Source of the DNA: Phoronis australis
Taxonomy: Eukaryota > Animalia > Phoronida
Reading direction: 5' to 3'
Length of the DNA: 64,000 nt
Assembly (NCBI GenBank): GCA_002633005.1
Contig: NMRA01000199.1
Location: 256,995-320,994 of the forward strand
The notes below the pieces were generated by a model. The model saw nothing but the letters and a program-made list of their open reading frames with translations. It was not told the DNA's origin and did not search any database. Positions 38,185 to 50,700 of the stretch are shown piece after piece; positions within the stretch are counted from its first letter, which is position 1; every line of letters starts with the position of its first letter. A program made the translations under genes and the position numbers.

Positions 38185-38590
38185 AGGAGAATGCCACCCG
38201 ATTTAATTAGTCTTTCTTAATCGGTCTATATCCACATCGCCTCTTTTACGATCGGTATCACCTTGCCGAGAGGTGTCGCGTTAATCTGTGAGGAAGGTGA
38301 AAAACGACGCAGCGACGTCAGTGGTTCGTCTGCAGAGTGAATGCCGCTATATTGCGGTGCATCGGTTCCCGCTTGTCCGAACTATGAAGCTGCGAAGAAA
38401 GCGGGCATATCGTTTTTTTCAACTTCCTCGAGAGCCCGAATTGCTTAGGAAGTGGCTTGCGGTAGTGAAGAATGAAAGGTACGCTGTTAATAGCAAGTAT
38501 GAGGCCGTGAAACATCTCTGTGTCTGTGGCCGGCATTTCGTCGACAGTGATTTCTCTGACGAATTCCGGCTTACCAAAGAACTATCCATA
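38185..38590 (+). mobile_element. 5' fragment of a THAP-transposase DNA transposon (Kolobok- or ISL2EU-like); THAP domain 38341-~38585 is frameshifted
   Basis: TTAA-AGGAGAATG terminus; MPLYCGASVPAC...GISFF [+1 T in T7 at 38413-38419] QLPREPELLRKWL...VCGRHFVDSDF gives the full C2CH THAP signature. Confidence 0.75.
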
Positions 38591-38625
38591 TGTTCCGTTG
38601 CCTGTGCATGTTCACGGCGCCTCTC

Positions 38626-39329
38626 TAGTATTTCTTGATCAGTGTATTTCGCCGTTCCAACTGATAGCCTGTGAAACCTAACGATCCGACCCGTGAAGTC
38701 ATGTCGGATGAGCTCTTGACTAAGTCGGGATTGGCGCTGGGCGTAGACGTTTATTTTTCTGCGTCCTGTTTCAAACTGAATTATTCTTATCCTAACCAGT
38801 GCTTATACAAAACTGAAACAATGTCTGTCTCGTTAGATACAATTTGTTATGCCTTTGCAGTATTTGTGAGTACAAATGTTGAGAAGCCAGCAATGAATAA
38901 ACCACTGCATTACCGACTTTTGATGCCGGCAACTGATAAAGGTTGTAGTAATAGCCGAGAATACTCTACCTCGAGAATCGAACCNTAGTATTTCTTGATC
39001 AGTGTATTTCGCCGTTCCAACTGATAGCCTGTGAAACCTAACGATCCGACCCGTGAAGTCATGTCGGATGAGCTCTTGACTAAGTCGGGATTGGCGCTGG
39101 GCGTAGACGTTTATTTTTCTGCGTCCTGTTTCAAACTGAATTATTCTTATCCTAACCAGTGCTTATACAAAACTGAAACAATGTCTGTCTCGTTAGATAC
39201 AATTTGTTATGCCTTTGCAGTATTTGTGAGTACAAATGTTGAGAAGCCACTGCATTACCGACTTTTGATGCCGACAACTGATAAAGGTTGTAGTAATAGC
39301 CGAGAATACTCGACCTCGAGAATCGAACC
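38626..39329. repeat. Tandem duplication (38626-38984 and 38986-39329) joined by one N; probable haplotype artefact
   Basis: Copies differ by a 15-bp indel and two substitutions. Confidence 0.9.
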
Positions 39330-39371
39330 AGCGACCCCTATAAACCGGCAAGCGTGCTAACCATTCAGCTA
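39311..39371 (-). mobile_element. tRNA-derived SINE head
   Basis: A-box TAGCTGAATGG and B-box GGTTCGATTC at tRNA-like spacing; no intact cloverleaf. Confidence 0.6.
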
Positions 39372-40497
39372 ATAGATTCACCGGAAGCACTTTCACAACA
39401 AGGTAATTGACCGGGCACCCGAGGCCGTGTGAGCGCATGCTAATTCAATGTTTGCCGACAGAAGGCTGTTGTGAAACAATTACTCGTAACAAGAATATCG
39501 CGCAAACAAGTGCAGCATGACCCCGTTTGCTGCTCATTCAGTCACATTTTCTCAGACTATTTGTTTCTCATAGGCGGACCTTTAGTTGCCCACTTCGCCA
39601 AATTGGGGGCTCGTTCGAGCCCCCCGAGCCCCTCCCTCCCACCCCCTGGGTGCGCGCATGCTATAATTCACTCTTTGGTCAGTAAGAGCCAGTTAAGCAA
39701 CAATTTTCTGTTCTTCATACCTGGGGTTAATGGGTACGATCAGTGTCCACAGCTACAACTGGTTTCGCTTGTCTCAGTGGTCACGTCGATAAATACCCCT
39801 CAAAGTAGAGTGGTTCCCTAGAGTAAGTGTAGTCATCTCACTGTCACTCCTGTCCCAACACGGTAGATATCGGTCTTCACAGAACAAGTGTCCACAGCAA
39901 AAGTCGCTTCCACACACCGAGTACAGAAGTGGAAGCACAGCACTAATATTGTTGTGGGAGAAGCTACGTATTGAATGGCAAGGCCGGTCAGCGGTGGCAT
40001 CTGAAAGCGGGACACTAAATAAAACTAGGTAAAGCTACTACTGCTTAGAGGCTATACCATAACAAGAAGTCAAACCACCGACACACAATTGCGAACAACA
40101 CGTGAATGTGCAAACTCCACTAGCTCGGTTGCAGATTCACCGAAGTGCAGTGACTGGGAATCTGCTGCGATTCCCTAAAAAAATCCAGAATTGCCAAAAA
40201 TGATCTGATGTCAACATTTTTGTACTACATTTGTTGATTCCGTAATAACTTTGCTTTCAAAATATACAGTGTTGATTTTTGTCGTGCGTGGTAGTTAGGG
40301 ACTTTGCCTTTTTGTCACCTTTTTCTGGATTTCTGGTGACAGGGTGAAAAATGTGAGACAAAATAATGTTTTTGTGGTCGTAAGTAGCAATCACAACGTT
40401 TCTTTCTGTTTATACATTTTCGATCTGATGTTAGGCAACAAATCCTGCGATGTGAGCAGCGACAAGCAAAACTCAATGCGAACAGTTCCTCAGGTCA

Positions 40498-40911
40498 CAG
40501 TGCCCGCATGCATGAAACAGTCCCAAATCGGGACTCGACTAATTTCCCTAAATCCATTGCGTGTTTGTGGGCTTGTGAAAACACTGATTGTCCTTTTTAT
40601 GCTGTTTGAGTCTCATTACTAAGTTAATTTTTAACTTGGATACAAATCGAGAGTGAAACCTAGGTGGAAAATAAGTAGGGATCTTTTCATGCAATGCCCC
40701 CAATCTTAAGTCCCTAATTACTTTGACTGAATTAATGGCTCAGTTTTTAGTTAAATTATTAGGAAACGTCACTGTCAAAAAGGGGCTCATAATAAAGATA
40801 AAATAGTAGAAAAAATGCCACATTTGTGAGGAAAGAACGAAAAAATAAGCAAAAGACTTGGGGAATTCAGTTGAGTCCCTATTAGGGACTGTTTCACGCA
40901 ACCGGGCACTG
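40498..40911. mobile_element. MITE family C (~40-bp TIR CAGTGCCCG...CGGGCACTG), ~430 bp upstream of the mito-CYP start
   Basis: TIR ...TGAAACAGTCCCAAATCGGGACTC / GAGTCCCTATTAGGGACTGTTTCA...; second copy at 51519-51947. Confidence 0.85.
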
Positions 40912-41342
40912 CCCCCCTGGAGTTAGCTTGGTGCCCAACAAACCCTTAATCCGACCCTCTACATGATAACATGGCTTTGACCTTATTTATTGAAAAAAAT
41001 GCTAACATTATGCATGCCATACCCACCGGCAAAAAAAAACAAATGTATCTGGATCACGCTCATACGAATACACATCTCCATTTTCATACAGTCATAGGTG
41101 TTACATGTAGGCTATATATCGCTCTTCGCTTAGTTGTTCAACGCCGACTTAAGCTTATGAGACTTTCTTATTTTTAGTTGGCGATTTAACACCATGTCTA
41201 GCTAAATGTCACACAGCAGTTAGGCTATGTGTGCTGTAAGACCTACAAAGAATAAGACGCGTGCAATATCCTCTTACTCAGCAAGACAAGATCAAGTTTT
41301 GCGAATGTTGTGACGCACAATAACTTGATATGATTGTCCTTG

Positions 41343-41776
41343 ATGAATACGCGACATCTTCAACATATAGTCATGATTATAAACATGAATCGGATAGGAA
41401 ACCGTTTTATGCGGAAAAAAAGAGTTGTTTTTGTATCAGATCTTCGAAGATTAAATTCAAAAACTGTTCAAAGGAACGAATCTAAGTCATTTTCAGATAT
41501 TCCTGGACCTTTGGGCTTACCTCTGGTAGGTTCTCTTATTGAGGCTTTGCCATTCATTAGACGCAATCGAATTATAGATTACTTTGAATACCAACATGAA
41601 CAATACGGACCAATCTATCGAGATCGCATCGGATCGTACAAATCGGTGAACCTGTGCGATCCTGTTGATGCAGAAAGAGTACTGCGAAATGATGGTATCT
41701 ACCCTAGGAGAGTTGACATCGGGGCTTGGAAGAAATATCGAGAAGAGCATGGTGTTTCTGGAGGACTTCTTGTGTC
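41343..41776 (+). CDS. Mito-clan CYP exon 1
   Basis: IPGP...YGPIYR...YPRR...GGLLV; donor TC|GTAAGG. Confidence 0.88.
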
Positions 41777-44700
41777 GTAAGGCATTTCTTGGAGAGTTTC
41801 GTTATCATTGCATTCTTAGAACACTACTGTATAACATGCAAGGCTAGTGTACATGTACGGTGCGAGTGAAGCTCACTACTTCAGTGTTTTGTGGCTAGAT
41901 TCGCCGCTGCACACTATAACATTTTGACTTTACTCACGCTGAACAGTGTACTAGGCTTTGTGGTAGATTCAACGTTTACGTACAGTAGGGATCTGATAAC
42001 AGGTGTGATATGTTACCTGTGTTTAGCAATTTCTGCTTGCTGTGATCAAAGAGAAATAGATATTCTTTTTGGTGAGATAGTTAAACAACTGTACCATCAG
42101 TAGAATTTGATGTATTTAGGTAGACATGTGGACGCCCCCTGGTGGTGATTTGCTTTCTTCTCTCATTTTATTCGGTGACTAGGGTCATAATGCAAATGAT
42201 AAAGGTGAATAAAACTCGTGATCACCATCCTTATTGTCACGTATTACTCGAACATAATGCTGATTACAGAACTTACTGCGCATTGTTTAAAGTTATTTAA
42301 AAAGGAACAGCGTGCAATTTTAATTTTAAAAATGTTGGACAGCAACTTAATAGGCATTTATCTCAGATAACTACGCAAGAAATGAGAAATAATTTGACCT
42401 GTTCATAAATTTTGGGTTCGAGATTACGTGTAAGATGCCGGTACTGCACTGAGGTTCATTTCTTCATTAGCCTCATCTAGTGAATATCGGGCTGTCAATT
42501 ACTGGAATAGCTGCAAATAAAGTTTTATTGTTTATTTTTGCACCATATCAGTAATGGAGAGGAATGGCACAGGAATCGCTCGGCTGCAAACAAAGTCATG
42601 CTGTCGCCTTCATCATCGTCCATGTTTCACGAAGGCATCATTCACGTGACCACCGATGCCCTCACTCTATTGGATAACAAAAACTTTAGGGATAGTCATA
42701 TGTCACAGTGGGGAACTGTGATGCACCGATGGGCACTGGAATGTAAGCGTCTGTCTTTGAAGGTATCACTTAGATTGTAGCTAAGATGTTTATGACGATA
42801 CTAAACCCTGTTTTGGTTCTCGCTCAAAATTCTTTGGTTTCTTTGGCACATAATAAGTAAATTTTCGCTGAATAAAAGTATAGAGAGGTAGTAGTTCGAA
42901 TGGTTTTTTTGTACATTCGTTCCAGACGTAAATCCGCCTTCTATAATACAGAACGGCTTTTGATTCACAACACTTACCGTTATGAAATTGGTCTCAAGTT
43001 GTTTGTATGAGGTGGTTTGAAAGAACTGACAGTTAGTTATTGCTTGATACCAGACATCCGTCTACATTGGTCAGTTAGGGTGATTACGTATTGATGAAGG
43101 TCCACCCTTCAGCAGATGTCAGCTTGTTGAAGATTGTGTTTAATGCTTGCTAGTACATGTACGTGTAGCAAATTTTGATATCTCGTTCATTTTAGTTCAT
43201 CATAATATTCAATGCTACATGTCCAGCAAGGATGACCATTTTTCTACATTTAAAGTGAAGATGTCCCTGAGTGAGGGGTCCCACCGTATAGAGTCTCAAG
43301 TTGTGTCTGTGTGCACGTGTAGAATTGAGAGGGCTGCCCTCTGCTTCGATAGTGTTGTGAATTTGCAAGTGGAGCTGTGACTTTGGGATTAGTACAGGTA
43401 CCTTGAAAAATTTCCAACTTATTGATTGGGAACGTGCCACGCAAAAAGTGTTCCAAATCTTTTCAAAATTGTCTTTTCCACTTATCATTTTTTGTCTTCA
43501 GGTATTGGCTTAGTTTTGTTTGGTGTTCGTCTTGGGAACTTCAACAGACATGTTCAGGGTAATGAAGATCTCGAATCTTTTGTGGACGCCATTCAGCGTA
43601 TGCTGAGTCTTACGGACCAGTTTCTAGCAATACCTCCATCGGTGGTCAAAGTTCTGTACTTTAAAGACTGGAAGAAACACGCAGAGGCATGGGATACAAT
43701 ATTTGATTTTGGTGAGAATCGTCGTTTTCTTTCGAACCTCTTCCTAACTGATCCAAGTTGGATCATGAAGTAGGCCTACATGTAGCCAACTTGGACATTT
43801 TTGGGACGCACGGACCTTTATCTGGGTAGAAAGGGGCCAAAATGAATGAGATTGTCATGGAAAAAACAGGCGGCTTCTTGTTTTTCCGTTGCCCTCATAG
43901 ATCTTTGAAAAGAAGATGGGCGCATACAAAAGCAGAGATTGAGGAGAAGTTTCCTATTCAGACTGTGAAGGACATTAGAAAGTTCCTTCATCTAAACTTC
44001 CTCTCTAACTACCGAGGTAACTTTCGCCTCCACGCTTAGGGGCTAATCGCTGCAATCAGCGGCATGCAAGCCTTTATTTCAAATGAAATGTCGTTTGCGA
44101 AGCCCGGCTGTTATGAAGCAGCTGTGACATGTTCTAACGTCCAGACGATTCTCCTGCTATCCGTAAAAGGCTATTAAATGACGATCCGTTCATAATTATC
44201 GCCATTTTCTCGAGTGTATGAACTTGAATGTTTTGCCCTCCGACCCGAAAGTGGCCAAAAATGTTAATATTTTTATGAGTTTAAGGACAAAAAATCATGT
44301 TCGGGATTTTTGTTGGACGGAATAGACTTCTTGAAACTATTAGCTTTCGTACAAGGGATCTGTTTCATGAAGGTGACGTCAGACTTACAACATAAATTTG
44401 GTCTAACGCTCCCACTTAACAATTGTTGAAAAAAGACTTAGTCAGCAAATTATGAGTGCATCAGAGTCTAGAAATAATTCATGGAGATTATCTAAGTAAC
44501 TAGAAACTGATTGTGTATTCTCAAAGACTTTGTACTACTGCTCAATTGAGATGTAATTATTTTTCTGAAATGGTTGTGCGGAGCGTAAGACCAAAGTTCT
44601 GTCTTAGGTCTTCAGTTATTTTTCATGAAACAGATCCCACAGCTACAGAATTACAAAATCTATTGCGTTCTATGATTTTACTACGAATCGCCAATTCTTG

Positions 44701-47700
44701 CCGTTGTTTGCCAGACATTTGCTGAAATCACCGTCGATGATTTTACCAATAAAAGCGACATTGGAAATTTTTTCTGTCAAAAATCAAGTTTTGATTCAGG
44801 CCACGTACCGTTATAAAACTGGTGTCAAATTATTTCTTAGTCAAAATAAAGGAGACTTCATAAAAATTTCAGGTCACGACCTGACTTTTTTGTCTGATGA
44901 AATAACGAACACTGAGTTCTTCCCGAGACCACGTGATCACTTCTAAACAAAGTAAAGAATAAGATAAGACCAAAATGTAAGTAGTCTTAATCAAAACCTG
45001 GTTTTATGACAGAAAGCACGGTTTTGTGTCGTTTTAAGTACTTTTGAAATAGTCTGCCACAGGTAAAGCGTTACACTACGACCGCGGAGCTTACAGCTGG
45101 GTTCGTTTCAATTTCGCGGTGGGGTTGGTCTCAGAAAATCACTTTCCTCTCCGATAATGTCACTTTAAACTGAAATGCTAGTGTTTTCTGGTACACATGC
45201 GTGTAAAACTAAAACTGTGATATTTTGAAGAGCCATGGAACGCGAAAAATTAGACGAAATATAAACTTTTTCATCCCAATACAGTTTTCAAATTCTCCAC
45301 CTCTAATAAGCTGTACATGTACGTGCACATGCACTCAAAGAAGTCGGCTGGCTGCTGCTTGAAATAGGCAAATTTTGCACATAAGGAGAATGTGCTACCT
45401 CTATGTCTTGCCATACCCATTTGACTTCTGTTTCAGTGGCAGAGAAACACTTTGAATTATAATTCAGTGTTTTTCACGTTCTATACCACTTTAAGTATAC
45501 CTATTGTACACATGTATGTGTAAAACGTAATGAAGTTTTGAATTTTGTCGTTATCCATCGCCATTGCTATGACGTCAAAAGCCTTGATTTCTTCCTTCCT
45601 AAATCGTACGCTTTGTTTAGTCATGAAAATAGTGATAATTCACTTTCCCGTGATGACAATATACAAGATATCTGATCGCGACGCCTAAGTTGTAATTTCG
45701 GACCTGAAATGGCAATGTACTTTTTGCCGTCACTGATTTACACGTACCTATTGCATGAAAGTTCTTCAAATGACGTATGTGCTATAGAAGGCGAGCGCCG
45801 ATCAACAAACGGTCCACCTGTCGGACGACAAACACTCGACCTGTCGGACGCTAGTCTGGATAGAGAAGTATAGCGCACCGTTCACTATTCACCAATGTGG
45901 TCGTCGCGTTCTTCCGATTTTGAAATTGGATTCACAAGTAGACGTTTCTTCATTTCTGTTGTAAAATTTTAGGGAGGAAGCATATCGACAGGAAAGTTTC
46001 AGTGGATCCAAACTCCATCAAGAACAATTGCCTGCAGGACCATCTTTTATTCAACACAAATCTTTCGCGCACAGACATTAATGGCGTTTTGATTGACATT
46101 CTTCTAGGCGCTGTTGACACGGTAGGTTCCATAGAAACCTTTTGAGCATCTTAAAGATATTGTTGAAACCTATCTGAGATACTTTGTATGAGAAGCTTAA
46201 GGCATTCTATGTCTCGAATGTGGGGGAGGCGTTTTCTCCAGGGCCTATCCTATATATTTTCTGTTTTCTTTCCAGTTTACCCCCTTGTCACAAACCTTCA
46301 AAAATACCTTGAGGTATCTGTCAAAATCCAGCGCTACCCACATGCGCTGGCTTTGTTTGACGTTTTCTCGAGCAACGGTGTCCTTTGACAAGAATTTCGC
46401 AATCCCAAATTAATCTTCCGTTTTCGCGTCCGTTTCCAAGAACCCTCGAAGCCAACTTTCTTTTCTAAATGGCATGCAAGTAAAAACCAAGTCAGTAGGC
46501 TAACTTTTGACGTCGCTTCTGAAATCACAACTATACGAAAGAGGTTCGTTTGATAATCCGACGTCAGGAACAAGAGATTTGTCAAGAACATGTTGATATC
46601 ACGATTTCCTGATATACTGCTGACTTCTTTCATCGCCCGACTTTCGTGTTCGTTAGCACCGGGTACAGAATTTTGGCCTTTCAAGTACCGTAACGTTTTG
46701 ATTAGCAAAATTTAGACAAACTAGTATTTCAAGGAATAACTGCCTTCGCCAGCATGTCTGTAAATAGTTAATACGATCTGGTTACGTGTCTGCTCAGATT
46801 CACAAGCCTCCTACACAGCAGGTCCGCAGGAAGGCAAACAAAAAATTTTGGGGAGCCCAATTCCCACATTTGACTCCGCTTCCTTCTCCCGTCGTCCTCT
46901 CCCCCAGGTCCCTAGTAATTCTGTCAATATCCCATCTACCTAAAACGCACATTCATTCCCCTAACGAGCATTCCCACGGTCCCGGTTTGTAAAGTGCTTC
47001 GAAGTGTAAATCTTTACGTACAGTTGCTAAACTTGTTCGAAAGTGAACTGTTTTCAATCTTTTACTGGTACAGACATCTGTCACTATCAGCTGGTTATTG
47101 TACCTGCTCGCCAGCAATCCCGCGGTTCAGAACCAGTTGCGCAAACAAGCGCTCGATGAGGACGTTGACACAAACAAGAGGTTCCGTAAAATGGTTTACC
47201 ACAAGGCAGTGATTAAAGAAACGCTAAGGTAAAGTATCTGGGCCCGTCGTCAAATCTCTGGAAGCTCGATTCGAAATATGGTCTGTTCCGTGAAAATTTA
47301 CAAATCTATACTCGAATCATGCAGTGTGAGATCAGATTCAGGACCAAGAAAACATTTAAAGCACATGTTGGCCATGTTCTGATGCAGTGTCTGATTTATA
47401 TTCTTGCACCTTGAGGGTTGATCTGTTATGCAGCAACATCGTGAACAAGAACAGCTCCCACGATTCCCCCTCCTCAGTAAGTTTATGCAACACTACACAA
47501 AAATAACCCTAGGATGCTACCTTCGCCCATAAAACAGATTGTGTCCGCTTAACTAATAGAGGCAACAAACATGTACCTTGTGTCAGAAATCGACTTTTGA
47601 CTTAGGTCTCTTACAGTTTGTTACGCCATGTTTGTTACGCCATGTTTGTTACGCCATGTTTGTTACGCCATGTTAGTGTTACGCCATGTTTGTTACGCTA

Positions 47701-50700
47701 TTTTCCTCACTCAGATTACAAATGATTTCAGGCTCGAGAAGATTCCACAAGTCGTTACTGATTCAGACCGCGGCCATTAAGTTGATTGACATGACGAATT
47801 AGTTTCATTTTGTAGCGGCTTTGTAGGAAATCCGGCAGTGGCTGGGCTCCAGCAGTACTGGGCCTAGTCATCAGCTTTTTTCTCAATCCTAGATGAAGTG
47901 ATTTTCTAATCTGTGTAAGGAGGGTAGTAAAACGATAATGATGTTATAACTGTAATGGGCCTGAATCAAAAGTTGTTTTTTGACGGAGAACACGGGCCTG
48001 TCTCACCTTTAACTGGATAATACCTTCAAAAAATGCACGTTATAGCCATCTACAAAGGCAAAGCCGTCCCCAACGTGCATGTAAATTAATCTTGAAAACA
48101 ACTTTCAAAGAAAGCATTGTGTTTAGCGCATAATTTAAGTGTCTCAGTGTCTTTGTCTTTGAATTACGTTCTTCGTGCGTGTACACTGAACAAACTCGCT
48201 TTCTACGGCAACTAATCCAACGTATTAAATAGATTTAATAACTTGACTTAATGCCACAATAGGATATTCCCTGTTGGACCCATACTGACTCGTATCCTTG
48301 ACAACGACATCACCATCAGAGGTTTTCACATACCAGCTGGGGTGAGTTGAAATGGAGCCATTGCCTAATACCGTTCATTTGATTGTGACAATACCTTAGT
48401 CGTGATATAATCGGATATCAGATTATCAAAAGGGATACAGCATAAACCTACGTGCGTTGATCAACCTGAATAAAAATGACAAAGTACTCATTTGCCCTAT
48501 TACGAGGGATCCAGGAGTACTTTGTGTACAATGGAGTAAAATTGAGTCCTCAGTAGCCAAGTAGCGTGTATTTACTCTGTCATTTCCGGAAGGGAAGTAA
48601 CCTAGCAATGAACAAGCGATGGAAATATATCTGTCAGAACTGAAGAAATTGAGCAATACTTCTCTTTTCACCAATATCAGTGTCATTGCTTCGACAACAT
48701 TCGAGATGAACCAGTTCCAACAGTATTACGACAGGTGGAGACTTTTACTTTTTGTTTCTTAGATTCAATTTGGTAAATTCCTCAGGTTGATTTTTATAAA
48801 AAAAATTCTATTTTCGGATTGCAATAATTCAGTCAGCATGCGGCAATTGATTTTCTTTTGAGGGCATTTGACATTTGTATTTGTAGGAAATCATTAACAT
48901 TCATCTCCGACCAATGGGAAAAAATGCCTCTTTATTTCCGGATCCTCTTGCATTTAGACCTCAGCGCTGGTTACGAGATAATGGGAGAGATCGAATACAT
49001 TCTTTTTCCTCGCTTCCGTTTGGGTTCGGTCCTCGTTCTTGTATCGGTAAGTGAAAATATGGTATACGAACACATTCAAGGTTATGTAAGACCTTAGAAA
49101 ATGTCCGCACTTGACTAACGTCAGAACATCATACCTCAGAAATGGCCGATTGGGTTCATAACACTTTCAGGTACATTGTACTTTATGTACTATCCTGCAA
49201 AGTGCAGCTACATTTTTTTAAAATGTTTCACTTAACCATGACGGCTATAAAATAGAACTTTTTTATTTTACTGAAAAAGTTGCATATATTGAAAACGAAA
49301 CGTTGATTCAGAAAATTGTTACATTTCATCTTGGACATCAAGAAAAAATCATGTAGGTTCTTGATACCGTTGTTTTTCAATGTATTGTTTAGTCACGAGA
49401 CCTAATTAATGGCCGATTGATAACTTAAAAGTCAAAAATCAACTTTGGTTTCCTGCTTTCAGAAAATATATATTTTGCTGACTTTGACAAGTTTATTTCT
49501 AAAAGAGATACAGTTTTGAAGGAATTTGGCAAAATACACAGACTTATCGATACCGTTCCACATAACCTTAACCCCAATGGAGAGGAACAAAGGTGTCATA
49601 ATTTCTTCACTGGCTTATTAATTATTCTGAACATATTCCCAAAACTCGCCCAAAGTGTTTTGAAGTAAACAAATGAAACTTGTAAACAAATACGACATCC
49701 AGCTTCTGAGTGGAGGTAAGATGTAGAAAAACAGTACGCTGCCAAAGCATAGGAAGAGGAGACAGTGTGGTCTCAGTAGTAGTGTGATGGTGCCCGCCTT
49801 CTTTACTCGAGGTCGTGGGTTCGAGTCCCACTGGGTCACACTACTAAACCCTTGAGTCAGGTTTCTAGCTCCTCAGCTCGGTTTTAACTATATATTAATA
49901 AAGCACAAAAATATTTCCAGGTGGTCAGTGCAATGGGCCCACATGCGCGGGCTGCGCACGTCTGGTACAACGTGTACCAGACCACCTGCAATTATTTTTT
50001 GAAGTATAGGAATGTATAACATGACGTCATTTTAACGTCGTAATTACGTTTTGGACCGAGTGTGACGGCATGTCTTTTATTACTTCCGGGTCCAAATTGC
50101 GTCATCTACAGCCATGACACGTCATCAATAACCAAACGAATATCGTTACTTAATCGGGGCAATATTTCATCGTGGAATTCGCAACATATCACGGCAATCT
50201 TCAACGTCATAATATAAGAACTGGTTTACTCCAAATGTCGTTTTGCAGGCAAGAGGTTCGCTGAATTGGCAATATGCGAGATGATGAACCAGGTGAGAGC
50301 TTAATTTGATTCACCAAAGTTACGGTTTAAACGTCGTGCTTTCCAGTGAATCGCGGCATATGAATTAGCAACAGCAGGAGAGATAACGTACAGGTAACAA
50401 AAAGACGGGCAAACTGGCAGTAGGCAAGATGGGACACGGTGGCACGACAGGGACTTAGTACCAATGGTGGCAACTGGATAATAGGTTTTATGGCTACCGG
50501 ATTGATTGCTGATTTCAGAACCAATTACTTCCATTGAATAACGCCCATTGTTTTCAAATCAAGTAGTCCAGTGGCGGATCTAGGGGGTGGGGCCAAGGGT
50601 GCCTAAAATTCTTGTACATTCCATTTGGCAGTTAGGAGGTGCGAATGTCTGACGGGTAAAATCCTACCCTGCCCCCCAACTCAAAACCCTGGGTCCGCCC

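Noticed and set aside
40496-40502. RSS/Transib-like heptamer CACAGTG at a MITE end
   Set aside because: The opposite end and the second copy do not reproduce the heptamer; no 5-bp TSD.
47616-47698. Short direct repeats resembling a CRISPR array
   Set aside because: No spacers, 14-bp unit, inside a eukaryotic intron, no cas genes.
49762-49840. tRNA gene
   Set aside because: A and B boxes are present but there is no convincing acceptor or anticodon stem; treated as a SINE.
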